From: the human T2T-CHM13v2.0 reference genome, Homo sapiens
Direction: 5' to 3' (one strand)
NCBI RefSeq assembly: GCF_009914755.1
Contig: NC_060944.1
DNA length: 64,000 bases
Positions 1 through 10,943 of this stretch are shown here, piece after piece. The first letter of the stretch is position 1. Every line of letters starts with the position of its first letter. The translations under genes were made by a program, and so were the position numbers. A model generated the notes under the pieces. The model searched no databases, had not been told where the DNA came from, and was given only the letters and a program-made list of their open reading frames with translations.

Positions 1-355
1 AGCCAGACACAAAAAGACAAATACCGCATGTTCTCACTTATATGTGGGAGCTAAAAAGTCTGATCACATGGAAGCAGAGAGTGGAAAGATAGATACCAGA
101 GACTGGGAAGGGTGAGTCACTGAAGGGGGAGGATGAAGAGAAGTGGGTTACAGGGTACAAATGTACAGTTAGATAGAAGAAACACATCTGATGTTTGATA
201 GCAGAGTAGGGTGACTATAGTTAAACAAAAATGTATTGTATTCTGGTGATGGACTCCCTAAACAGTCTGACCTAATCACTATGCATTTATATAAATGCAA
301 CAAAATTTCACATGTGCCCCATAAATTTGTACAAATAAAAACAAACAAAACAAAA
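1..355 (+). mobile_element. L1 3' end (old L1MA/L1PB-like)
   Basis: Typical L1 3' UTR text (aaagacaaataccgcatgttctcacttatatgtgggagctaaa...) ending in AATAAA and an A-rich tail. Confidence 0.75.
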
Positions 356-367
356 TTCTTATGCCTA

Positions 368-422
368 AAAAAGGAAGAATGAAAGAACGAAAGAAAGAAA
401 GAGAAAGAAAGAAGGAAAGAAA

Positions 423-500
<78 letters not shown>

Positions 501-510
501 CAAAGAAAGA
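368..510 (+). repeat. (GAAA)n / (GAAACAAA)n microsatellite
   Basis: Direct tandem tetranucleotide array. Confidence 0.95.
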
Positions 511-784
511 GTGAATGGGGCCAAAGGCATCTCACTGATGGAGAGTAGAGTGGTCTCAGAGGACAGGCCAGAATGACACCTCGGGGGGTTGGTGGGGTGC
601 AGGTAGGATCCAGGGAGCTACTGGCATCTGCGGGGAGCCTCTTAGGTCTGCACAAAGAGGACTCCCAGTAAGAACAGTTGAAGGTTTGCTTCCTACAACT
701 GTTAGAATCACCTGCGGCGTGTGACTTTAGTTGTCTGGATGGGGCTTGTGAACCAGCATCCATTCAATGCATCCAGGTGATTCT

Positions 785-1495
785 TATAGTTGTTGGTTCA
801 GGTTCTTGACTTCGCCACACAAAATAATTTGAGAGCAAGTCCAAAGTAACAGTAGGCAAAGAAGTCTGTTGCAAAGCAACAGCTACATTCTGAGAGGCAG
901 AGGGGGCTGCTCAGAAGAAACAGCAGCTAGTGCCGTAAGGGAAATTCCCTTTATGGGAGCTGTTCATTCACATTCATAAAATACTGGTGAGGTCAAGTAT
1001 GCAAAGGTGGACTTGCGGTTGACACATGCACTCAGCATCTATGTGCTCTAACATGCATCACGTGCATCATCAGCACATAAAATCTCCACCTAGGAATGTG
1101 TTTTTTACTATTAAGATGAGGGAAATGACACTATAAGCCAAACCTTCAGCCTACTTGCATAGGTGGGACCCCAGAGAAGTTCTTAGCCCTCCACTCCCCT
1201 CAAAGTAGGAATTTGTAGCTAATATCTTCTTGGGCTTTGGAGCTGATTGGCTGGAGATTAGGGAAGCTACTTCATGAACAAGGGGCTTTTGTTCTCTTTC
1301 CCAGCTGCGTTGAGTATCAGGAACTTAAGACTCTGGCGGTTGGCTGGTACCGTGTAGGACTGCTTACCTTGCAAAAGAGTTAGATGCTGACACGTAAGGA
1401 TGCAAGTGAAAGGAGCCCACTGAGAAGTGAGCCCACAGGGCTTCACACAAGCGGATGAGCCAGTATGGCCCCCTAACCTTCCTTATCCAGCCTCA
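785..1495 (-). mobile_element. ERV1-class solo LTR inserted in a MER5-like element
   Basis: Ends in ...cagcctca (TGAGG start on the - strand). Flanked by TTCT at 781-784 and 1496-1499, a 4-bp TSD typical of ERV1. The flanks rejoin as the MER5-like ccaggtgattct...gaccacag. Confidence 0.55.
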
Positions 1496-2019
1496 TTCTG
1501 TGCCCCCAGGAATGAGGACCACAGTCTTAGCAACTGGGCCAGGTCTTCTGACCAACTTCACCAACGTGAAATCATCGAAGCTCCACTGGTGGTTTCTCAG
1601 GTGATGCGGACACTGTAGGTGAAGATACAGGTTTGATTCAGCTTCAAGAGGACGTGCTTGATAAACTCAAGGAAAATAAGAGAGGATGAGCAGAGGTGGG
1701 ACCTACCAAAGGGGAGTCAGTCACCGGTGTCTCAGGTCAGTGCTCATTCTGATGGAAAACAGTTATCCCACTCAGGGTGAGAGAATAAACAAGACCTGTT
1801 CAACATCACATGACTTGAGCAGACTGGAAGTGACTGATTTATATCCTTCCTTAGGGTATCCCTTGGGCAAAATGCAGTGGACTGCGTAAGAAGAGGAAAG
1901 GAGTGGGGCTTGAACACAAGGAAAGAATCAAGGACTTTCCAAAATTTCACTGCAAGTAGGCATGAGCACACACTGCTTCTCATGTTTACTACTTTGTCTC
2001 ACAGCTTGTGAACACACAT

Positions 2020-2138
2020 TCTTGGGCCACGCCCCAGGGTTTCTAATTCAACAGGCTGGGGTGTGGCCTAAGAACTTGCATCTCTTACAAGATCTCTGGT
2101 GGTGCTGCTGCTGCTGGTCCAGGAACTGCACTTTGGGA
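2020..2138. mobile_element. MER5A-like hAT-Charlie fragment
   Basis: gggccacgccccagggtttctaattca...gctgctggtccaggaactgcactttg resembles the MER5A consensus. Confidence 0.55.
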
Positions 2139-2589
2139 TTCTCTACCTTTAAAAAATACATCCAATCACTGTGAGAAATGGGCTACAGGCACTGCACTGT
2201 CACCTGTCACGCATGCACTAAGGCTGGGGGATCTCAGTGGCTGAGAGCCTGAGACTGAGCCAAATAAGAATTTGAGAAGAATTGTTTGTACACTTTAAGA
2301 ATTTTATTGTGGGCTGTAATTTCTTTAGACTTCAATGTCAGGACTTCAACTTGCAAGGGGAGTTGATCTTGTGTTTAGTTTTTCCTGGGAATGAGACGAT
2401 GGGGGTTGGGTGGTAAATTTATGGTCAAGTTTGGGGCATTTGCACATTGGCTTGTAACTGGAGTAAGTTGTGGTGTTGTTTAATTTTGTCGAGGCTTGAC
2501 TGGAACATATGGCTGGAAATTATTTGGGACTGAAAGAGAAGCGGTAGTAAACATTTGCCTTAGGTAAAATGTAGCTTTGGGATGAAACT

Positions 2590-3625
2590 TTTTTAAACAG
2601 CTTTACTGACATTTAATTTTCACATACCTCACCCACTTAAAGTATACAATTCAGTGGTTCCGAGTATATTCACAAAATTGTGCAAATGGACGTATAATCT
2701 GATTTTAGAACATTTTCATGATCCCTCCAAGGAAACTTCCTATTAGCAGTCACTCTGCCTTCTATTGCCCCCAGCCCTAGACAACCACTAATCTACAGCC
2801 TGTCTCTATACAGTTTTCTGTTCTGGGTATTTCATATAAATTGAATCATATTGTATGAATGCTGACTTGTTTCAGCATGGCTTGCTGGCTTCTTTCACTT
2901 AGCACATTTTCAAGATTGCTCCACATTGTAGCACGGGTCATGTCATTCTCTTTTATGCCCGTTCATTTTCCATTGTATGAATAGACTAACACTATATCTT
3001 GATTATCCATTCGTCAGTTGATGGACATTTGAGGTTTTTTTTAATATATTTTTTTCTGATTTTAATAATGATGCTATGAACTTTCATGTGTAAATATTTT
3101 GGTGAACTTAATGTTTTTATTTGTAGCTGACATATAAATATGAGTAGAGTTGCTAGGTTATATGGTAGGTCTAACCTTTTGAAAACTTGTGAAACTGTTT
3201 TCCAAAGCAGCTGCACCATTTTACATTCCCACCAGCTATGTATAAAGATTCCAATTTGTTATTTGTGGTCTCTTTGACCACAACCATGTAGTGGCTTTGA
3301 AGCTGCTTTTTACTGTGGTTTTGATTTGCCTTTTCCTAATAGCTAATGGTGTTATGCACGTTTTTATGCGTTTATTGGCTATTTACATATCTTCTTTGGA
3401 AAAACGTTTATTCAAATCCTTTGGAACTTTTAAATTGGTTTGTTTCTTTAAAAACTTTGAGTTATATAAAAATTAGGTTATTTGCCTTTATTTTTAAATT
3501 GGTTTTTTTAAAAAGAATTTTTAATTGGGTTACCAGTCTTATTGAGTTGTAAGAGTTCATTATATGTTCTGAATACAAGTTCTATATCAGATATATAATT
3601 TGCAAAATTTTTTTCCTATCATGTG
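2590..3625 (-). mobile_element. Old L1 (L1MB-like) 3' portion
   Basis: Antisense L1 3' UTR and ORF2-end text. The ORF-track peptide MVQLLWKTV...KCPSTDEWI is an L1 ORF2 C-terminal remnant. Confidence 0.75.
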
Positions 3626-4312
3626 TGTTGTTTTTTTTTGTTTTTGTTTTTGTTTTTGGGAGGGGATGAATTTAATTAGTGAGTTGTTCTGGCCTATTTG
3701 AGGGTTTCCTGAGTTCAAATCAATTCCATTTATGAGAAGTCCCGGGGGATCCCCAAGAAATTTGGTTGGTACTGGGGAGGTGCCTCATGAAGATAGAAAA
3801 AGGATGTCCAGATTGATTGCTGATTTCAATCCCAGGGGCACAGCTACACTTCTGGCTGACCACAGCTTAACGATGAGCCCGATTATATCTCAATAAGGGA
3901 AGTTACAGCCAATTTCTCTTTGAACACAAGTCCATTGCAGCATCTTCAGAGGCAGGGCCAGCCTCTATTTTTCAGTCATGGTGACATCTGTGGTCCTTGC
4001 ATTTTTAAGAGTGGCCTGCTACTTGTAAGGTCCAGGGGGCAGGTCCTCCACTTTCTGCAAGCTGGTCCTTGAGGCATTACTTCTGAAACAGTCAAGAAAT
4101 GTCATGGGACTGTGGGTCTGAGAACCGACTGATGAGTTATTTTTGTCTGTCAGTGAGGACAGACAAGAGCACAGGGCTGGAAACCCAACCCAACTGGCCT
4201 GGTGGTTGGTTCACATAACTAGGAAGTTCAGAGCAAGGGCGGGCATCAGGCTCTGCTTGGTGCAGGGACTCCATTATAACCCACCTGCTCCTTGCTCTCT
4301 GTTTCTCTCTCT

Positions 4313-4459
4313 CTTTTTCTGAGACACAGGGTCTCGCTCTTTTGCCCAGGCTGGAGTTCAGTAGTGAAATCATGGCTCATTGCAGCCTCAAACTGCTGAG
4401 CTCACGCAGTCCTCCCGCGTCAGCCTCCAGAATAGCTGGGAGTGCACCACCAGGCCTGG
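4313..4459 (-). mobile_element. Alu monomer / truncated old Alu
   Basis: gagacacagggtctcgctc...cccaggctggag...gcctccagaatagctggga...caccaccaggcctgg; single arm only. Confidence 0.75.
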
Positions 4460-6369
4460 TTTCCTTGCTGTCTCTTCAGTTTTGTTGCTTCCCATAACTT
4501 GGCTTCATTCTCAAACAGGCTCCAAGTGGGCCCCAGACCTCAAGTCTTTTTTATCTTCACACTCAGCAGGGAAGGAAGAACCCACTTATCACACAGTCAA
4601 ACAAAATCCCACCGTTAAGCCTATGTGGGTCCTGGGCAGCCACACATAGGTCACGTGTTGTCCTCATGCCAATCATGAGGCTTCAGGGGAGGGAGACCCG
4701 CTGCCCTGACCAGCTTAGCCAGGGTCAAGTGCTCCAAGCTGTGGTCCAAAGGGTAGAGTCAGCTTCCCTGGAAAAAGGCGGAGTGAGAGGGGAGGAGGGG
4801 TGAATCCTCACGGGGAAACTGCTATTGTTGTTGTAAGAAGGTGGGGCAGTCATGGCTTGTGAGTCAGACGCTGGCCGCTGGCCTCAGAGGTGTGTTTGGT
4901 AATGATGCCTCCATGCATACAGCATGAGCTGCCCAGTCAGAGAAGGCACAGAGCCTGTGGGGTAAACACTTCCCAGCATCATTCCCTGCCTGGTAGCCAT
5001 TCAGGAAAGGCAGCATTTTCCTCAGTCTTTTCATCAGGGTCCTGGATTTGGGTAAAATAAATAGATAAATAAATAACTGTTGCTATTAGTGATCTCAAGT
5101 CCCTCACAAAGAAGGTGGTCCTGTTCACTAGGAAGGCCTTTGGTTTATAAGCACCTTGATGGGTGTGGGGAAGTCTACAAAGAGCTGAGTGGTTCTACCC
5201 CACAAAGGAGCCTTTGGACTTGCTGAGGGACTCAGTGGAGAGGATGCGTGGACAGATGGGGAATGCCACGGCGAAGAGCAGGCAGGGGAACAATCAGGCC
5301 AGTGACTGGTGGGCGGGGGAGGGGGTGGAATGTGAAGGTCAAGTGGCAACTACCTTTGGGAGGGAAGCCAAGGGCATTTCAAGGACAGAAATACCCAGTG
5401 CTGGGTTTGAGGAAGTGGGGGTTACTGTTCCACAGGGCAGGAGGTGATTTCCTGAAATCACCGACAAATTTCATTGCCCCAAACAAAGCTTTGGTGGAAG
5501 GAATTTCCGTTTGCTTTTGCTTTGTTGAGTTTCATTTACTGGAAATCAAGGGCTACACGTTTGCAGAGATACCTGGCACGGAAAGTGTGTCCACAGGCAG
5601 ATGTGACCATGAGACTATCTTTACCTGCTGCAATTTGCAGATGTTTTAGGAGCAACTGGACTTTGACCAGGACTCTAATTGAGTTATAGTCCAGTGGTTC
5701 CTTGGGGAAGCAATGGGAGGAGTATTTAAACATCCAATGTCCACGTCCCATCCCAGAACACGATCAACTTTTCCGACTGGGATCATGGGATTGCCATGTG
5801 CAGCCAGGCTCCCCAGTGATGCCATGTACAGCCAAGCTTGAGACTAGAGTTCAGATGAGCCTGACCTGGTCTCAAGGGAGCCAGAGCCCCAGCTGATGTC
5901 ACAGTGGCCTGAGCACATCTGACTCGACCCCATAAGCCTCAGGTGACAGGATTTGGAAGTGACCCACTTGGCATCCCAGCACCAAGGGTGAGAGCAGGTA
6001 TGGGTAATTAAAGGAATGTCTGTTCCCTATTTTAGTCACCATTGTGTTCATGGCTTCTCAGTGTTGTGTCTTTGAGCAGTGAACTCAGACAGCACAGCAG
6101 AGCATAAGGAGAGGAAGGGGTGACTAGCTGCTGTCTTCCTGGGCCTCGTCTCTCCAGCTTCGCCCTGGAGTTATGGGACAGGGCTGGCGATTTGCTCTCT
6201 CTACATCTTTTAGGGAGGCTTGTGGCCTAGTCCAAGGTCACTCCCGTCAGCCAATCATAAGCCAGCTCTCCTCTGTCTCTCACAGCCACATGGGTGGCAA
6301 CATCCCAAGCCTCTAAGTCCATAAATAATAAACCACCAAGGCAGAGTTAAAAAAAAAAAAAAAGGCAAA

Positions 6370-6830
6370 CTCAATAGTCTTCTATTGAACTATTAACTAG
6401 TCTATCAGTAAAGACTAGAGGTACAATACTTGGAAATATCCCTGACCAAAATATAAAATATCCAGGAATAAATTTCACAGAAAATATGAAAGATGCATAA
6501 AATTTATTCTACTGAATACCATCAGAAAAGCAGGAAGGTATTGCAAGATGCATGGTATTCTAAAATGAAAGGCTCAAATGTTAAACGTTGTCAATTTTTT
6601 TTCCTAAAAAAACATAATATTTCTACTTATTGAACCTGAAAAAACAGTTTCATTTGGAGGAAGAAATACATTTAGAAAACAAAATTTTGGGGGAATAAAG
6701 AATAAAGATATAAAAATATTACCTAAAAGATACAAAAATATTATATTTAAAATGGAGTAATTAAAAAAATGGAAAAGAACAAGCCAGATTTAGGACTGAG
6801 ATCCTGAAACTGACCTATGGTTATGGAAAT
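6370..6830 (+). mobile_element. Degraded old L1 ORF2 fragment
   Basis: A-rich sequence with L1-like text such as aaaatatccaggaataaatttcacagaaaatatgaaaga. Confidence 0.45.
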
Positions 6831-6864
6831 CTGCTGTGGGTGTCAGCTGGAGCGGCTCTGGGCG

Positions 6865-7201
6865 GTCTCCTGTGGAGACTCCATCTTGGATGCCAATGCT
6901 GAGCCTCAGTCCCATCAATGCTTCTAAGATTTCTATTTCATCTGCTGTTTACTGTAAATCCAGCCCTTAGGTAAATTCCTTCTGAAGCTCCTATACCTTT
7001 TCCCCTATGGCACAGAAGCCCAGGGTCTGGGGGTAATGGGGTGGCGATCCACTGTCTTGCAGCCACGCAGGACACGGCTTCTGTTCCCAGGTCCCTATTA
7101 CAACTTTCTTTCTAAGAAACTAGACTTGTCAGCCTCTCTTCGGCCTCTCAGCTCCCTGGGCCTTTGAGGGTAGGTGTCTGCAGGCTTGCCATCGAGGAAC
7201 A
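6865..7201 (+). mobile_element. ERV1-type LTR (subfamily not assigned)
   Basis: gactccatcttggatg ... ccctatt...ttctaagaaactagacttgtcagcctctcttcggcctctcagctcc ... ending ggaaca; LTR-like U3-R-U5 text. Confidence 0.45.
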
Positions 7202-9246
7202 CCCCGCCAGCCTGACCGTCCTGGGGAGAGGGATCCTTCTGCAAAGGCTGGCTTCCTTCAGGACAAGAATGCTAGGGAGCTCAGAAGCTACTGGGCCCTT
7301 CCTGATCCCACCCCAATGGTCACCAGCAACACAATGCAAGAGGTGTCAAAGCACTATGTTATAAAGCCACCAGTGTAGAACCAGATCAATGAAAAAGCCT
7401 CTCCAACTTACTGTGTTTATTCAGAGCCAGGCCCTGTAATGAATCTATTTATATGGATAACTGTAGATGAAGTATATACTTAAATCAACATTTAAAATAA
7501 ATGTAAAAGTAACTCTTGCAGATGAAAGGTGCAAGGGCGAGGCCTCCTCTCCAGGATGTGCTGGTCACAGTGACCTCTGGGTCAGAGGGGCTTCTGGCTC
7601 ACTGGCCTCATGGGGGCCCAAGGGAGGCATTTACAGGCCCGCCGGCTGCGGAGGGGAGGCAGGGGTGGCACCAACTTGCTTCCCTGTGGGCTGTGGGCCA
7701 TGGGGCCACCGGGCGGAGGGCAGGGAAGGAAGCAGACACACAGGGAGGCTGGGGAGCCCTGTGCACAGCCCGCCCCCAACCTCAACTTCCCCAAGGAAGA
7801 AGTGTGTCAGAAAAGGCACTGGGCTATATGGTCAGCTGTCCGTTTCCACTGGGTGCCTGGATGGAGGTTGCCTGTGTCAAAGATCCTTCACCGAGGTAGA
7901 AAACCAGGAGCACCTCCCTGCAGGGACCCTTTACCACTGACCACAACCACCACTTCTATCCCCCAACCCCCCACAGAAAACTGAGTGACTAAGACCACCC
8001 ACCCCCAGCAGGGTGAGGCCCAGACTCAAATCTCCTCAGCTCATGGCATCCTAGGGGGTGCTACACTTCCCTCACCCCAAAGACCCTGTTAAAGCAAGTC
8101 AGGGTGGAGAGGAAAAGGAAGCAGACGCTCCCCACTCTCCCTGCCGTGTCCCCTGCTCTGACTTTGCAGGGACAGCATGTGGGGTGCTGGCCTTGGCGCT
8201 ACTGGGGTGGATTTTCCTTCATCATTTCACCTTCAGTGTTCATGGCAGCAGCCAAAAGAGGGGGTCAGTGCAGCTCCGAGGTTGGAAGGTACCTGGGAGG
8301 CCTGCCCCAGCAGCACTGGCTGTAAGGGCTGCACCCCTGTCCTAAAATGGCAAAGGGAAGGACTGTGCAGGGTGGGCTGTGTCTTAGGACTGTAGCCTCC
8401 TGCTTGTGGCACAAAGATCCACTATTCTATAGGATAATGCTGACATGAAGGGAATGTTCTCTCTTAATCCTCCTTGGAAAAAGAAGAGTCCACTGCATTG
8501 TCGGTCTCATTTGTGCTTTAACTTCATCCCTACCATGAAGCTGGACTAACAACTTGTTTTAAATCCAAGTCCAGAGAAAGGGCTGGTGGCTATGAGCCTG
8601 TAAAACTCTGGGAGGACACAGCCTCCCAGGATGGATGACAGCAGGTGCCACTTTCTCTGTGATCTTGCTGGTCTCTGGTCTGGCTGGCATTTCTCCTGCT
8701 CAGTTACACAGACAGGCTTTTTGGACTTTGTTTCCACGTAGGGGCCTAAGTCTCTTGGAAAGAAGCACGCATTGATCACTATTTAGTGTCTAGGGGATTT
8801 GATGAGAGCAGCTCAGTCCCTGGGGTCTGCTCAACTCTGCAAGCACAGATGGAATCTATGACCTGGCGAGCTCCACCGAGGCCTGGCCCCTGTCTATGGA
8901 CACAGCCAGCTCCCTCCTCCTGGTCTGACCAGCAGCTCAGACCAAATCACCAGCCCAGCTTCTGGGGGCAGCAGCTTGGGCCCCTCCTCTCCCTGACCCC
9001 CTCACCAGGGGCTGCTGTGGCTCAACGCCTTGTTTCCCAGCCCCTGGCTGCTCTCCCTGCTCTGAGACTCAGGACTCCTATAGCAGCAGCTTGCCTGATG
9101 GCCTTGCTGTGGCCGCGTCAGCTCCCAGGTACTCCTCTCATCTTCACACCAGCAGGACAAGGAGGCTTCATAAAGGAACTGCGGAAACCCTGCCTGTGTG
9201 CACATCCCCAGACAGCCAAGAACTCAGAGGGAGCCGATGCTACTAT

Positions 9247-9252
9247 TTTATT
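9247..9252 (-). terminator. CST3: CST3 proximal polyadenylation signal AATAAA
   Basis: TTTATT on the + strand about 240 nt after the stop codon. The paralogous position in CST4 reads ATTAAA. Confidence 0.9.
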
Positions 9253-9491
9253 GCAGGAGGTGGGGGTGTATGCACCGCACACCGGGGCTATGAGAAGCAA
9301 GAAGGAAGGAGGGAGGGCAGAGCCCCTTGCTGAGCAACAAAGGCCGCCTGCTGCCTTCTCTGTCTGTCTCCTGGTGCAGGCACATGGGGAGACCTTCCCC
9401 AAGGCAGGGGCCACCAGTCCAGGGGTGGGAATACAGGGGGTGGGAGGTGTGCATAAGAGGTGATAGGCACAGGCCAGCCCGGTACAGACCC

Positions 9492-9575
9492 CTAGGCGTC
9501 CTGACAGGTGGATTTCGACAAGGTCATTGTGCCCTGCCAAGGCACAGCGTAGATCTGGAAAGAGCAGAATGCTTT
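9492..9575 (-). CDS. CST3: Cystatin C coding exon 3 (codons 120-146 plus stop)
   Basis: Acceptor TTTCACAG|AAA. Translates KAFCSFQIYAVPWQGTMTLSKSTCQDA*, with the PW motif and second disulfide. Joined CDS is 243+114+84 = 441 nt (146 aa). Confidence 0.99.
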   Translation of the reverse strand, partial: KAFCSFQIYAVPWQGTMTLSKSTCQDA

Positions 9576-10359
9576 CTGTGAAAGGAAACAGAGGGGACAA
9601 TCAGTGTGGGTTACAGTTCAAAGCAGAAGATGCCCAGGCACGGGACATCAGAGTGGGAGTGAAGAAGGATGGAGGTGAAACACTGGGCCCTTATCTACCC
9701 CTCCACCCACCCCCGCTGATCCCAGAGCACCGCTGGACTGGGCAGTGACTGCTCCATCCCTCTCCCAGGGCTCCAACTCTACCTGGTGGCACTGGGCCCC
9801 CACCCCAGCCTGCAGGATTCCTGCCCCAGCACAGCCCTGTGAGGAGCAGCCTGTGCAAGGCCTCGGGAGCCCTAAGGGTACAGGGCAGGGGGAGGCAGCT
9901 CACTGCCCCCAGCTCCTTCCACCTCCAGCCCTCAGGCCAGCACTATGAAGGGCGAGAGGGAAGAACCCAGGGAACTGGAAATTCCAAGTCATAGCACATG
10001 GGGTGGTGAGGAGATGACAAGGAGAGTGTGGCTCTCCCCTGAGCAGAGACGTCACAAGAAATCCTGGGTCCTTGGAGAAGCTGGTGTTGGGTGAGCTGGG
10101 GCAGGTCTGAGGGTTTGGCTGCTAACAGGCCTCTACTACCCTCTAATCTGCTCAGCATGGCCGTGGCTGTGGGCAGGTGCCTAAGGCTGGGATTAGACAG
10201 AGCCCTTTCTCCCTGCCCAGCACCCAGCCCTGCAGCTGCTTCCTGCAGTCCAGTAGGCAACACTCCAAAGCACATAGGGTGGAGCTCCCAGTACCCCAAT
10301 CCCAAGCTAAAGCCCTCTTAGCAAATCAAATTCATCACTCCTCTCCACACCACCCCGTC

Positions 10360-10785
10360 TACATGCACACACATAGGCATCTACATGAACTCACCCTAAC
10401 CTTCACCCATACGGATCTATGCATGAATCCACATACTCCCTCATACATCTATCTACCCACATGCACACACACACACAGGGCAGGTAATTCCTCATAATAC
10501 AGCATGTATGTTCACAGAAACCCCCATGTATGTGAATGTATGTGCACAGACACCCCCACACATATGTGCACACACATATACTCACACACCCACACCTATC
10601 CATGCATAAACCCCCACACTTCCCCAACACATCCACACACCCACTTGCACACACTCACGTGCACTTCCCCACACAAACCTATACTTGGAAACACATATGC
10701 ATCTCCACGTGTACACACACTCAGGCACATGCACACGTACCCTGCAGAACATGTGCATCACACACACACACACACACACACACCC
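10360..10785. repeat. CA-rich low-complexity tract in CST3 intron 2 with perfect (CA)12 at 10759-10782
   Basis: Seen directly. An imperfect homologous tract lies at ~62290-62600 in CST4 intron 2. Confidence 0.85.
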
Positions 10786-10829
10786 CTCTGCAGTGTATGA
10801 CTGGCCCTGGACCCATATAAGGCACATAC

Positions 10830-10943
10830 CCTTTTCAGATGTGGCTGGTCATGGAAGGGGCAGTTGTCCAAGTTGGGCTGGGTCTTGGTACACGTGGTTC
10901 GGCCCAGCTCCACGTCCAAGAAGTAGTTCACCCCAGCTACGAT
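10830..10943 (-). CDS. CST3: Cystatin C coding exon 2 (codons 82-119)
   Basis: Acceptor TGTGTAG|ATC and donor AGG|GTATGT. 114 nt translating [38 protein letters not shown]. Completes the Q-IVAG (QxVxG) loop and carries the first disulfide pair. Confidence 0.99.

Noticed and set aside
169-763. Phe/Leu/Ser-rich and Lys/Arg/Glu-rich ORFs
   Set aside because: Translations of the (GAAA)n microsatellite.
8786-9463. 225-aa antisense ORF over the CST3 3' UTR, with similar peptides at 60555-61025 and 61214-61453
   Set aside because: The peptide similarity simply reflects ~90% DNA identity between the paralogous flanks. The CST4 copy is frameshifted and broken, the start is GTG, and there is no recognisable domain. 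One compensating -1/+1 indel pair exists but is compatible with chance. Ribo-seq or PhyloCSF would be needed to revive it.
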